Positions 43,601 to 53,400 of a DNA stretch of 64,000 nt are shown here, piece after piece. Positions within the stretch are counted from its first letter, which is position 1. Each line of letters begins with the position of its first letter. Source of the stretch: an uncultured Saprospiraceae bacterium. Lineage in GTDB: Bacteria > Bacteroidota > Bacteroidia > Chitinophagales > Saprospiraceae. Position numbers and translations under genes: made by a program. The notes beneath the pieces are model-generated. The model ran no database searches, was not told the DNA's origin, and saw only the letters and a program-made list of their open reading frames with translations. Location: the NCBI GenBank assembly GCA_938018185.1, contig CALIIW010000141.1, forward strand, positions 2,041 to 66,040. Direction: 5' to 3'.

Positions 43601-43934
43601 TGATAAGGTAGTTCATTACTATTACAAATATTTGCCTAATGCAGGAGGTTGGGGTAGGTGGTTGTCAAAGCCAGGCATACAAGAAAATTCTTGGATTAAA
43701 ATGAGAGAAATTTCTTTGTCATATAATTTCAATGATAAGTTGATCAACAAATTGAATTTCATCCAAAGTCTTAGATTGTCACTTGTTGGGAGAGATCTAT
43801 TCTATATTTATAGCTCTTTGCCAGATAGAATAAATCCAGAAGGATTGAATGGAAGTGGAAATGCACAAGGTTTAGAGTGGGGTGCTTTTCCAGGGGTAAG
43901 ATCTTTTGGTATAAACGTAAATGCATCTTTTTAG
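40662..43934 (+). CDS. SusC/RagA family TonB-linked outer membrane protein
   Basis: Start moved to the ATG of MRIFTIRNLLLISLLFG (signal peptide). CarboxypepD_reg: SGKVLDENQEPLIGVNIV...TDIDGSFSL. Plug: ITIRGNNNITGNNQPLIIVDGVP. C-terminal Phe. No STN domain seen. Confidence 0.85.
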   Translation: MRIFTIRNLLLISLLFGLQNWLYSQSISGKVLDENQEPLIGVNIVDQTNLEIGTITDIDGSFSLNNLSPASTLLVSYIGYKDQLVKVGDETNFTIILLSDSEILDEVVVTALNIKRQKRELGYSTETFSGEELEKSSAPNVISALSGKAAGVQVSNGNGVDGGTTRITIRGNNNITGNNQPLIIVDGVPLENTPGLESIGRGQDWGSAINNINPADIATYNILKGPTAAAKYGARGSNGVIIITTKRGKIQKGLGVNYSVNYRTVEPYYYRDVQNKYGAGGPLSLSQPKLPVNDEGVEKYPSAINTDNGPGGQSTSASFGFYGSGVSWGPEMNGQMIEWWDGEMRAFSPQEDNVGLYFGNGNSTTHNLSFSGGNDMGTIRVSLSRLDNEAIIPNSNFNQSTVNLGANLRISPKLNADLSMSYINYHRLNTPTLGDENNSFGKGIIYSYPRSYKGIEADLFEREDGTRNNWGGSYPFQYIGSDLWWNTYHNNKTLDRNKMIGALTLTYDVNPWLNVMGRLGTDLTFQEFETKNDPIDFLGIEGGKYEKEVNRDIVRNNEFLITAFKDKLFSSPVGASISFGGTQWYRSQYGLKIGTGEWVNPWLFSLNNYEDANSLPALNDPNNLPEVRYDKKINSLFGFVNLNYSNFVFLELGGRNDWSSALPINSNDYFYPSASLSFILSEALDLKQAWINFLKLRSAYAQTASDTDPFLVDFVYETSSFGGDQTASLPNVVPPIGLKPQKANSYEFGLSAGLFNSKVNLDFTYYYISSFDQILDSPLPYSSGANQIRINTGELENKGFEALLNIKIIQKQDFYLESSLNFARNRNKVISLGDGAKILELDNIWGLNGPAIAVQEGQDFGTIIGYDHIYHENGEPILNEAGTHYEFTENRVPIGNASPDFTGGWTLRLGYKGFELNTLVDTKWGGEIYAGSYVIGLQTGQSPETLVERDGNGLPYTDPDGITRNVGVVLDGVYANGQENDKVVHYYYKYLPNAGGWGRWLSKPGIQENSWIKMREISLSYNFNDKLINKLNFIQSLRLSLVGRDLFYIYSSLPDRINPEGLNGSGNAQGLEWGAFPGVRSFGINVNASF

Positions 43935-43936
43935 AT

Positions 43937-45532
43937 ATGAGAAAACTTAAGCATTTTTATATAGGTATTACTTTTTTGTTTTTGGCTTTGGTTTCATGCG
44001 AAAATGATTTTGAAGAGTTAAATCAAAATCCTTTTTTCCCGACACAAACAGAAATAGGCCCTCTGTTTAATGGAGTTATACAAAGTTTACAGTTAGGCTG
44101 GAATGAACAATTTTATTTACACAATGAAGCGCTATATGGGATTACTCAATTGGCAGCTTTAACTGAAGAAGCTTGGCAAAATATATCTATTGGAACGGAA
44201 GATGTTTGGCAGGATTACTATGTTGCACTAGCAAACATCAGGGCATTGGAAAGGCGTTTTGAAGATTTTGAAGGTGATATAGAATCCCTAAATAATGTCA
44301 AAGCACAATTAATAATAATAAAGGCATTCAAGACATTTAAGCTGACAGATTTATTTGGGGATGTTCCTTATTTTGATGCTGGCAAAGGATTCGAAAGCTT
44401 AGAGTTTGTAGAACCTAAATTTGACAGCCAAGAGGAGATATACAAATCTTTATTATCAGATTTAGAATGGGCTGCAAATAACATTAATATCGATCCATCT
44501 GCTTTAACCGCTGCTGGAGAATCATTTGTTTCTTTTGGGAGTTTTGATAATCTATTTGACTCAAATCTGAACCTTTGGATTAAGTTTGCAAATTCTTTGA
44601 GACTTAAACATGCTGTAAGGATGGTTGAAAAAGACCCATCTTTCGCCGAGCCTATCATCAAGGACGTTTTGGAAAATGACCTACCTTTAATAAAACAAGG
44701 AGAAGATGTGGCTTTGTATCCAGAAAAATTAGACTGGCAAAAAGAATCTACACATTGGTCCTTTCGAGAGCATAATAATTTGAGATTGGGTAGTAATATT
44801 TGGAAGGAGATGTCAGACTCTGATGATCCTTCAGGTTCAGGGATATTTGATCCTCGTTGTTTGATATGGTTTGAAGTTAATAATGAGATGCAATGGAATA
44901 TTTATCCGCAAATTCCAATTTTAGATACAGAACCTTCGGGAGGTTTTCCTTATGAAGGTTCCAGAGATATCAATTATGATTCAAAAGGATTAAAAAATAT
45001 TTATGCACCCTTCAATTATTATTTGATAAGGGATGACAGTCAAATTCCTGAATTAATATTAACAGCAGCTGAAGTGAAATTTATTGAAGCAGAGGCTTAT
45101 GCTCGAGGCTTAGGAGTTGCACAGGATGATGGAGATGCTCGGTCTGCTTATTCAACTGGAGTAGCAACATCTTTTCGATTTTGGCAAAACTTAGTTTTGA
45201 ATACAGATATCTGGGCAAATAAGCCACCAATATTAAGTGAAGGAGACATTCAGGCCATAGTAAACACTAATCCTAAAATTAGTATATTTGGAAACGATGA
45301 TCCATTGAAATTGATATACATTCAAAGATGGCTCGATAGTTTTAGACAACCTTGGGAGGCATATGCCTTGTCAAGAAGAACGATGGCAACTCCGAGAGAA
45401 GGAGCAGCAATCAATCATTTTAGATTTGCTTATCCACCATCGGAGTCAATAAATAATCCAAATAAATGGGCAGAACAGGTTTCTAAAATGGGATCAGATA
45501 GTCCAAATGTCAAAGTTTGGTGGATGAATTAA
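43937..45532 (+). CDS. SusD/RagB family nutrient-binding lipoprotein
   Basis: The ATG at 43937 gives MRKLKHFYIGITFLFLALVSC (lipobox, then CENDFEE). It begins 2 nt after the SusC stop. About 530 aa and helical-rich, as for the SusD-like_2 type. Confidence 0.8.
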   Translation: MRKLKHFYIGITFLFLALVSCENDFEELNQNPFFPTQTEIGPLFNGVIQSLQLGWNEQFYLHNEALYGITQLAALTEEAWQNISIGTEDVWQDYYVALANIRALERRFEDFEGDIESLNNVKAQLIIIKAFKTFKLTDLFGDVPYFDAGKGFESLEFVEPKFDSQEEIYKSLLSDLEWAANNINIDPSALTAAGESFVSFGSFDNLFDSNLNLWIKFANSLRLKHAVRMVEKDPSFAEPIIKDVLENDLPLIKQGEDVALYPEKLDWQKESTHWSFREHNNLRLGSNIWKEMSDSDDPSGSGIFDPRCLIWFEVNNEMQWNIYPQIPILDTEPSGGFPYEGSRDINYDSKGLKNIYAPFNYYLIRDDSQIPELILTAAEVKFIEAEAYARGLGVAQDDGDARSAYSTGVATSFRFWQNLVLNTDIWANKPPILSEGDIQAIVNTNPKISIFGNDDPLKLIYIQRWLDSFRQPWEAYALSRRTMATPREGAAINHFRFAYPPSESINNPNKWAEQVSKMGSDSPNVKVWWMN

Positions 45533-45567
45533 AAGAACAAAACATTTATAATAAATTACAATTTAAT

Positions 45568-48093
45568 ATGAAAAACCTATTTACAAGTTTAATCATTGCT
45601 ACTTTTCTTAGCCTAGTCTTTTGTTTAAATCTGACTGCTCAAAGTCAACAATATTTGCATTTCGATAGAACAGGAGAAAGAGATTATATTGAGGTCCCTA
45701 ATGCTTCCCAGTACATTGCTGGTTCCGACCAAATATCTATGGCAGGTTGGTTTTATTGTGATCAATTGGCTTATGGTCAAGGACTCATGAGTTTTAGAAA
45801 CGGAGGCACTGGAGACGGAGAGATGTATTTGATTCAATTGAACGACGGTGCTTTAGAATGTAGAATAGTTTTGGGAGGAAACCTATACGAAGTAGTGGGA
45901 GGCCCTTTCACAATTCAAGCAGAGAAATGGCAACACATAGCTTGGGTATATGATGGATCTAAAGTTCTATTGTATATAGATGGAGTTAATAAAGGCTTTG
46001 CAGCTGCATCAGGAACCTTTGAATCAACTGACACACCATTTTCAATAGGAGAACATATTTCGCCCTGGAGTTTTCCATTCGGTGGGAGAGTGGATGAAGT
46101 TTCTGTATGGTCAAAGGCTTTGACATTAGCGGAGATCACAGATATGATGGAAAATGAATTGGAAGGTGATGAAGCAGATTTACAACTTTACTATAAATTT
46201 AATCAAGGAGCTCCTGGGGGAGACAATCGTTCTATCTCACATGCAAAATCTGAAGTCAATGCAGGGGTAGGTGCTGGAGATGGCATACTTCAAAATTTTG
46301 CATTGGAAGGAGATAAGTCAAACTTTTTAGGAGAAGTAGATACTAGATTCCAAGCCATTTCATTTCCTTTAATTGATAATAAACTGATTAGCTCAGATGA
46401 CTTTAATTTAAATGCTACAGTTAACTCCGGTTTGGAGGTGAGTTATGAAATAGTTTCAGGACCTGCAACTGTCAATGGTAATACAGTTTCTTTAAATGGT
46501 ACTGCGGGTGAAGTTGTGGTCCGTGCTTTACAAAGTGGAAATGCTGATTTTGATCCCGCCAAAGAAGTTGAAAATTCATTTTTTGTTTTAGATCCTAACA
46601 CCAACTTAGCAAATGTGCAAGTAAGAAGCCCAAGAGCCGGAATAGTCATGGTTCCAAGCTTAGGTCCTATACCTGTTTCATCAATTGCCACTATTGATTT
46701 TCCAGATCTTTTTGATGTAGCTGAAGTAACATTTAAAATTAATGATGATGAGATCCAAGGAACTTTAGGAGAGAATGGTCATTATACTGGATGGTGGACT
46801 CCTCCTGCTTATGGTAACTATACTATGGAAGTAATAGGAACCAATAATTATTCAGCAACAAACTCAGAAACTATTTCCTTTGAAGTTGTGAACAGTGCTC
46901 AAAATATGAATGTAAGTGCAGGAGAGGATGTTTGGCTTAATGTGAATATTGGATCAGAAGAAGTAGAAGTGGAACTGCCTTCTTATCAAGGAGCTTTTGA
47001 TAAAATAATAGGGACTTTGGATATAGTTTGCCCAACAGGAGGCTGTGATGAATGGGATAGAGTTTCTTCGGTAGAAGTGAAAGGGCATAATGGTGTATGG
47101 TATGAAATCATTAGATACATTACTCCATATGGGGTGGCTTGTAATCATGAAATTGACTTGTCAGATTTTATGTCATTGCTTCATGGAAAAGTTACTATGC
47201 GATTTAATCTCGGGACACAAGGGAATGGATTTGAATACAATCTGAATTTAAATTATACAGCTGGAACACCTACGCATTCTTACAGTGTAATTAATAAGTT
47301 ATGGAATCGAACTTATGATTTTGGAAACATGGATAATTTGCAACCAGTTTCAGCAATTCCAGGTCAATTTCCTGATAATGCGATTACTGCTAAAATAAAA
47401 ATGGTTAGTACAGGTCATGGTTGGGGAGACAACAATACTGGCAATGCTTCGGAGTTTAGAGAAAGTACGCATCATATTTTAGTAGATGGTGTTGCCGTAT
47501 TCACTCAGCATAATTGGAATGAATGTGATCCAAATCCAGATGACTGTTCCCCACAGAATGGAACTTGGTTTCATGATAGACAAGGGTGGTGCCCAGGAGC
47601 AATTGCACCTTGGTTTGATTTTGATATGACTCCTTATGTAAAGGATAATTTTGAACTTAAGTACCGATTGGATGAAAGTTATGTTGATCTTTGTCAGGCA
47701 TCCAATCCAAATTGTATTTCAGGGGTTACTTGCCCAAATTGTAATGATGGATTTAATCCAGAATTAATAGTCTCCTCTTATTTAATCAATTTTGCAGATT
47801 CCCCAATTGATGAAAATATATTTCCAGTTAGTACGGATGCAACGCAGCTAACTTTAGAAGCTAAAATATTTCCAAATCCTACGGAAGGTTTGCTAAAGGT
47901 TCAATTTAAAGAACTTGTAGGGGCAATTGATCTTAGTTTATCAAATGCATTAGGACAGGAAGTTCTTTCAAAGCAATTTAATGGTCCAATACAACATATT
48001 GACTTAAATTTAAGTGCTCAAAATGTAGGTTTATACATTTTGACAATCAATTCTAATAAAGGAAAATTGATCAAAAAGGTATTTATAGAATAA
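45568..48093 (+). CDS. secreted LamG-domain + PNGase F-like (peptide-N-glycosidase) protein with type A T9SS CTD
   Basis: The ATG at 45568 gives a signal peptide. LamG pattern: WQHIAWVYDGSKVLLYIDG...GRVDEVSVWSKAL. Strings match my recollection of Elizabethkingia PNGase F: CDEWDR, WYEIIRYITPY, EIDLSDFMSLLHG, HDRQGWCPG. C-terminus: IFPNPTEGLLKVQF...GLYILTINSNKGKLIKKVFIE. Confidence 0.75.
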   Translation: MKNLFTSLIIATFLSLVFCLNLTAQSQQYLHFDRTGERDYIEVPNASQYIAGSDQISMAGWFYCDQLAYGQGLMSFRNGGTGDGEMYLIQLNDGALECRIVLGGNLYEVVGGPFTIQAEKWQHIAWVYDGSKVLLYIDGVNKGFAAASGTFESTDTPFSIGEHISPWSFPFGGRVDEVSVWSKALTLAEITDMMENELEGDEADLQLYYKFNQGAPGGDNRSISHAKSEVNAGVGAGDGILQNFALEGDKSNFLGEVDTRFQAISFPLIDNKLISSDDFNLNATVNSGLEVSYEIVSGPATVNGNTVSLNGTAGEVVVRALQSGNADFDPAKEVENSFFVLDPNTNLANVQVRSPRAGIVMVPSLGPIPVSSIATIDFPDLFDVAEVTFKINDDEIQGTLGENGHYTGWWTPPAYGNYTMEVIGTNNYSATNSETISFEVVNSAQNMNVSAGEDVWLNVNIGSEEVEVELPSYQGAFDKIIGTLDIVCPTGGCDEWDRVSSVEVKGHNGVWYEIIRYITPYGVACNHEIDLSDFMSLLHGKVTMRFNLGTQGNGFEYNLNLNYTAGTPTHSYSVINKLWNRTYDFGNMDNLQPVSAIPGQFPDNAITAKIKMVSTGHGWGDNNTGNASEFRESTHHILVDGVAVFTQHNWNECDPNPDDCSPQNGTWFHDRQGWCPGAIAPWFDFDMTPYVKDNFELKYRLDESYVDLCQASNPNCISGVTCPNCNDGFNPELIVSSYLINFADSPIDENIFPVSTDATQLTLEAKIFPNPTEGLLKVQFKELVGAIDLSLSNALGQEVLSKQFNGPIQHIDLNLSAQNVGLYILTINSNKGKLIKKVFIE

Positions 48094-48114
48094 AAATCCG
48101 ATATAGTTTGATAC

Positions 48115-48153
48115 AAAATAGAGTTTGCGTGAAAATGCAAGCTCTATTTTTTT
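48115..48153 (+). terminator. rho-independent terminator of the SusC/SusD/PNGase F-like operon
   Basis: AAATAGAGTTTGC-loop-GCAAGCTCTATTT plus TTTT. A 13-bp stem with one mismatch. Confidence 0.75.
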
Positions 48154-48169
48154 GTTAAAAACTAAATCT

Positions 48170-48183
48170 AGCGAAAATTCGCT
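48170..48183. promoter_or_regulatory. second copy of the 14-bp inverted repeat AGCGAAAATTCGCT, upstream of the acyl-CoA dehydrogenase gene
   Basis: Identical to 74-87. It lies 17 nt after a strong terminator and has 104 nt between its end and the ATG at 48288. Confidence 0.3.
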
Positions 48184-48287
48184 GTTTTTAATGTTAAAAA
48201 AAAGAATATAATGATGGTCAATTTCCTACTTTTGTTGCATCAAGATAGAAATTGATTAAAGATTTAACTATTAAATTCTAAACAGCA

Positions 48288-49451
48288 ATGAGTCATTATT
48301 TTTCAGAGGAACATACTTTATTCAGAGAAGGTTTAAGAGCCTTTTTGCAAAAGGAAGTTGTACCTCATATTGATAAATGGGAAAAGGATGGACATATAGA
48401 GCGTTTCATTTGGGAGAAGTTTGGTGAGATGGGTTATTTTGGATTAGATTATCCAGAAGCATATGGAGGCTTGGCATTAGATAAATTCTATACTGTAATA
48501 TGGTTAGAAGAAATGCAACGTATTAATTCAGGAGGTTTTGCCGCAGCAATGTGGGCGCATGCTTTTTTGGCAATGCAGCACCTAAATGCGGAAGGAGACG
48601 AAAGAATTAAGCAAGAATACCTCGTCCCAAGTATTGCGGGAACTAAAATAGGTTGTTTATGTATCACTGAGCCATTTGCGGGTTCTGATGTGGCTGGCAT
48701 GAAAACAACTGCTGTCAGAGATGGAGATCATTTTTTAATTAATGGATCAAAGACATTTATTACAAATGGACACTATTCAGATTACTTAATTGTGTCAGCT
48801 AAAACAGATCCAAATCAAAGAAGTAAAGGTATTTCAATTTTCGTAATGGATAGAGATACGCCAGGAATATCTTCAAGTAAATTGGACAAATTAGGCTGGA
48901 GAGCTTCTGATACTGCTGAGATAGCCTTTCAAGATGTAAAAATTCCCGCGTCAAATTTAATGGGAGTGGAGAACAAAGGTTTCCCTTATTTGATGCAACA
49001 CTTAGCCTTGGAGCGTCTAATTATGGGTATTAATGCACATGCGAGGGCTGAGTATGCAATTGAATATACCTTACAATATATGTCTGAGCGAAAAGCTTTT
49101 GGCAAATCCTTAAATGAATTTCAAGCGTTGAGACATAGTATCGCGGAAATGGCAGCAGATGTCGAGGTGAATAAGCAATTTAATTATTACGTTGCCGATA
49201 GATTGAATAAGGGAGAGTATGTTGTCAAAGAAGCAACCATGTCAAAATTAAAATCAACCAAAATGGCAGATGAAGTTATTTATAACTGTTTGCAATATTT
49301 AGGAGGTTATGGTTATATGGAAGAATATCCTTTAGCTAGAATGTTGAGGGATTCAAGACTTGGACCTATTGGAGGAGGAACCTCCCAAATTCTCAAAGAG
49401 GTCATTGCAAAGATGATCATTGATGGAAAAAGCTATAAACCATCCTTTTAA
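48288..49451 (+). CDS. acyl-CoA dehydrogenase
   Basis: 387 aa. CITEPFAGSDVAGMKTTA, GSKTFITNG and the C-terminal catalytic-base region YLGGYGYMEEYPLARMLRDSRL. Confidence 0.9.
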   Translation: MSHYFSEEHTLFREGLRAFLQKEVVPHIDKWEKDGHIERFIWEKFGEMGYFGLDYPEAYGGLALDKFYTVIWLEEMQRINSGGFAAAMWAHAFLAMQHLNAEGDERIKQEYLVPSIAGTKIGCLCITEPFAGSDVAGMKTTAVRDGDHFLINGSKTFITNGHYSDYLIVSAKTDPNQRSKGISIFVMDRDTPGISSSKLDKLGWRASDTAEIAFQDVKIPASNLMGVENKGFPYLMQHLALERLIMGINAHARAEYAIEYTLQYMSERKAFGKSLNEFQALRHSIAEMAADVEVNKQFNYYVADRLNKGEYVVKEATMSKLKSTKMADEVIYNCLQYLGGYGYMEEYPLARMLRDSRLGPIGGGTSQILKEVIAKMIIDGKSYKPSF

Positions 49452-49497
49452 ATTATTATGATCTACATCCTTCATATTTAATTTAAGTACAATTTCG

Positions 49498-50076
49498 ATG
49501 AATTTAGAAAATGCCTTGCATGAAAGATCCTCTTCTAGTTGTGAGTTATGCAGCAGTAAGGATGACTTGAAGGTCTATGATGTACCACCTACTCCTGACA
49601 AGACACCAAATACATCCATATTAATTTGTCAGAATTGCCAGAGTCAAATCACTGACTCCGATACAATTGTTTCTGATCATTGGAGATGTCTAAATGATAG
49701 CATGTGGAATACAGAACCTGCAGTTCAAGTAGTGGTCTGGAGGATGTTGGACAAATTGAAAGCAGAATCTTGGCCAGTAGATTTAATGGAGATGATGTAT
49801 ATGGAGGATGATACACGAGAATGGGCCAAAGCTACAATTCGTAATGAAAGCTCTAACGATATAATTCATAAGGATATAAATGGTAATGTACTAGAAGCAG
49901 GAGATACGGTGGTCCTTATTAAAGATTTAAAAGTAAAGGGAGCTTCCTTCGTTGCCAAACAAGGAACAGCAGTCCGAAGAATTTCGTTGGTAGCTGACAA
50001 TGCGGAACATATTGAAGGTAAAATTGAAGGACAGCGGATAGTAATTCTTACACAATATGTTAAGAAAATGAAGTAA
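49498..50076 (+). CDS. phnA: PhnA/YjdM family zinc-ribbon protein
   Basis: 192 aa. N-terminal CELC...CQNC zinc ribbon. C-terminal PhnA domain: DINGNVLEAGDTVVLIKDLKVKGASFVAKQGTAVRRISLV...IEGKIEGQRIVILTQYVKK. Confidence 0.85.
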   Translation: MNLENALHERSSSSCELCSSKDDLKVYDVPPTPDKTPNTSILICQNCQSQITDSDTIVSDHWRCLNDSMWNTEPAVQVVVWRMLDKLKAESWPVDLMEMMYMEDDTREWAKATIRNESSNDIIHKDINGNVLEAGDTVVLIKDLKVKGASFVAKQGTAVRRISLVADNAEHIEGKIEGQRIVILTQYVKKMK

Positions 50077-50444
50077 TCTGCATTTCAATCACTGCTTTGA
50101 ATACACTTCAAATTACAAAGAAAAAAATTATTAAATCATAAAATTCCTACATGCTTAGAATACCTTTTCTAGGGTATGTTTCATAAATTTTATTCCCATA
50201 GATTTGTAATATCATCTTACCAAAGAAACTCGATCACATCTTACAGGCGAAAAACCTATTGCTGTAAGTGAAAATTACACTGTGTATGTACACAGTATTT
50301 TCAGATATTTTCAAAACGACGAATTCCTAAGAATTTTACTGATTCTGTTTGGCATATTTATGCTATTCAGTCTTTCCTTATTCCGATTATCATTGCTTCT
50401 ATGCAGGAAGCACTATTTATTTATTTTAATTAAATGATAATCAC

Positions 50445-53400
50445 ATGAACTTTAATTTTACCAAAAAGATTTTATTGTCACTTTCATTTGTGATGGTTTA
50501 TTCTTTTAGTATTTCTAATTTAATGGCTCAATGTTTTGGTCCTGCGACCACAGCCTTGGACATAAGAACTGCTATCAAAGACATAAGCGATTGCAATGGA
50601 TGTACGTACTTACTTGCATTAGACGATGTCGATTCGGCGGATCCAACGGCAGTAAGCCCAGGTTGGGATGGAGCAACAATCAATGTTGCAATTAATGAAG
50701 GGGGCTTTGTACCATACAAAGTAACTACACAACAAAATAATTGTGCTTTAATACCTTTATGCGCTACAGATGGTGGCTTTATTGATTTAGAGTATTGGAA
50801 TGGTGCTTTTGAAGCGGAGCATGGATTTACTTTGTATACTGCTGATGGCAACATCGCAACTGATATCAACGGAAACTTGGTACAGTATGTTGGGAGCCCT
50901 CCAGTAGGTAACCTTATTAGAGTAAAAGCGTCTTGTCCTGCACCAGTTTGTGCAGCAAGTACATTGGATCTTGAATTAATTCCTAGTTTGGGAAATAACC
51001 TAGAACCATTATTTTATGAAATCCTTGATGCTGCAGGTAATACAGTATTTTCAGAAGGACCAACAACTTCAGATAATCTTGAAGGAGGTATTGCAACATT
51101 AAACAAGTGTGAAACATATACACTTGTTTTTGGTAGCTCTGCTGGTATTGGTGCATCTGCTATTTGGGATGGAGCAAGAATGAGTATTATCGCATCTGAA
51201 GATGCATACAATACAAGAGGTCCTGTTTTGGACCAATATTATATGTTCCGTTTGATTAGACCAACCTTAGGTGCTAATGGTATGGTGATGAAAGAATTTA
51301 CAATTCCTTGTGAACCAGATGAAGCCGATCCTATCAATTTGTTAACAAGCGTTGGTTCTTGTAATTATACAGGAAAGATTGTATTGCCATTGCTAGAACC
51401 AGAAGTATGTTATAATACTTGTCATGTTGACTGTGGTTCTCCTGCAGTAACAGCCCAGGTATTCCTAAACGGCGCTTTTGTTGCGACTTATGGATATGAT
51501 TATGGCGTAGGAATTGTTTCTGCACCAGCTCCAATTTCTGGTCCTTTTCCTGCAGGAAAGCATACTCTGACTTATGTGTTTACATATAATTGCGAAGCTG
51601 TTGGAAATAGAAATCCTAACGATCTTATTCAAGTAAAAAGAGATGTTGACCTATTGATTTCTTCAGAAGCAAGCCCAACAATGGCTTGTAATCCTTTGGT
51701 AAATATTACTTTAGGACATGATGATGAAGACTGTGAAACTTTGATTACTGCAGATATGGTACTTGAAGATTTAGACCTTTGTAGTGAAGAAGAATACGAA
51801 ATTATTATCGAAGGAACTGATGGAAATTATGTTACTTCAGCTCAAGCTTGTACTACAGTTAAGTATGAAATTACGCACTGTTATTCAGGAAATACTTGCT
51901 GGGGATATTTAAACATCGAAGATAAGACCAAGCCAACAATTGCTTGTTTTGATTATGATCTTCCTTGTAATCATCCATATGCAGATGTATTAGATTATTC
52001 AGCTACTGAATCATTTTGTACTGCGAATTCAGTAATAACAAAAGAAGGCTTGTGGGTTAATGCAGGATTCGTTGCTGATTTCTGTGCTCCTGAAGGAGAA
52101 ATAATTCAAAGCATTTGTTTGAATCTTGATTTGGATCATACTAGAACACGTGATTTAAGAGTAAGATTACAAACTCCACATGGAATTATAAATTTAACAA
52201 GAGCTCATAATGCTCCTTTTTGTTCTACAGATTTGCTTTCTCCTCTTGATGCATTAATTGGCTTGCCATATGTAGCTGGTTCATGGACCTTACAATTGAG
52301 AGATACAAATCCAGTTAATGTACCAGGTGACAATCCTGATGCAGGTATAGGATATGGAAAGTTATTAGAAGCTTGTATTGATATTCAGCATGGATTCCCG
52401 ATTCCTTATGAAGCTTATGATTGTACATTACAATCTGTAACTTTATTGAACGAACAATTAGTTGAGACTAATTGTGATCAATCTAATTGGGTTGGAGCGC
52501 AGATAGTTAGAACTTACCAAGCAATTGATAAGCCTGGAAACGCTTCTACCTGTGTACAAACTGTAAATCTTAAAGCACCTTCACTTAACGACTTGGTTTA
52601 TCCTGGTGATATACATATCGAATGTGATGGAACAGCTGCTGAAGATCTTGGTATAGAACAATCAGGAGCTTTCGAATTTGGTTGTTTTGGTTTAGATGAT
52701 ACACATCATAACTTATGTGATGTTTCATTTACATACTCAGACCATGTTTTACATGTGTGTGGTGATTCATATAAAATTCTTAGAGATTGGACAATTATTA
52801 ATTGGTGTTCAGCAGTAACAAAATACCACACTCAAACTATTTTCGTTGAGGATACAACTGGTCCAGAATTACCTGGAGGAAATATTACAATTAATTCAAC
52901 AGGTTATAATTGTGAAGGTTCAGTTACACTTTCTGATTTTGGTATCACTGATGCTTGTTCAGGAGTAACTTCAGTAACAGCGACTTATACAAATGCAAGT
53001 GGACAATTAAATATAGTAGAATTAGTTGGTGGTGGAATTCTTGATGGATTATCATATGGATCAACTTCTGTTGTAATTGTTGCAACTGATGGTTGTTTCC
53101 AAACTTCAACTGAAACTATTAATGTTGAAGTTGTTGATAATACAAATCCGGTTGCAATTTGTGATGATGATTTACATATTTCTTTAAACTCAAATGGAAC
53201 AGCAAGATTAGACGCTTCAGCATTTGATGAAGGAAGTTCAGATAACTGCGAATTGGTAAGTCTTGAAATTAGATCTCTTGGTTGTGTTGCTGGTTCATGG
53301 GATTCTTATGCTGATTTCGCTTGTTGCGATCTTGGAACTGTAAGAGTAGAATTGAGAGCTACAGATGCAAGTGGTAACACAAATATTTGTTGGGCTGATC

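Noticed and set aside
50528-50869. Antisense or alternative-frame ORFs of 60-113 aa inside large genes (e.g. 50528-50869, 41536-41847, 58242-58556, 44368-44661, 14999-15274)
   Set aside because: They are fully embedded in well-supported long CDSs on the opposite strand, lack recognisable motifs, and are expected by chance in long ORFs.
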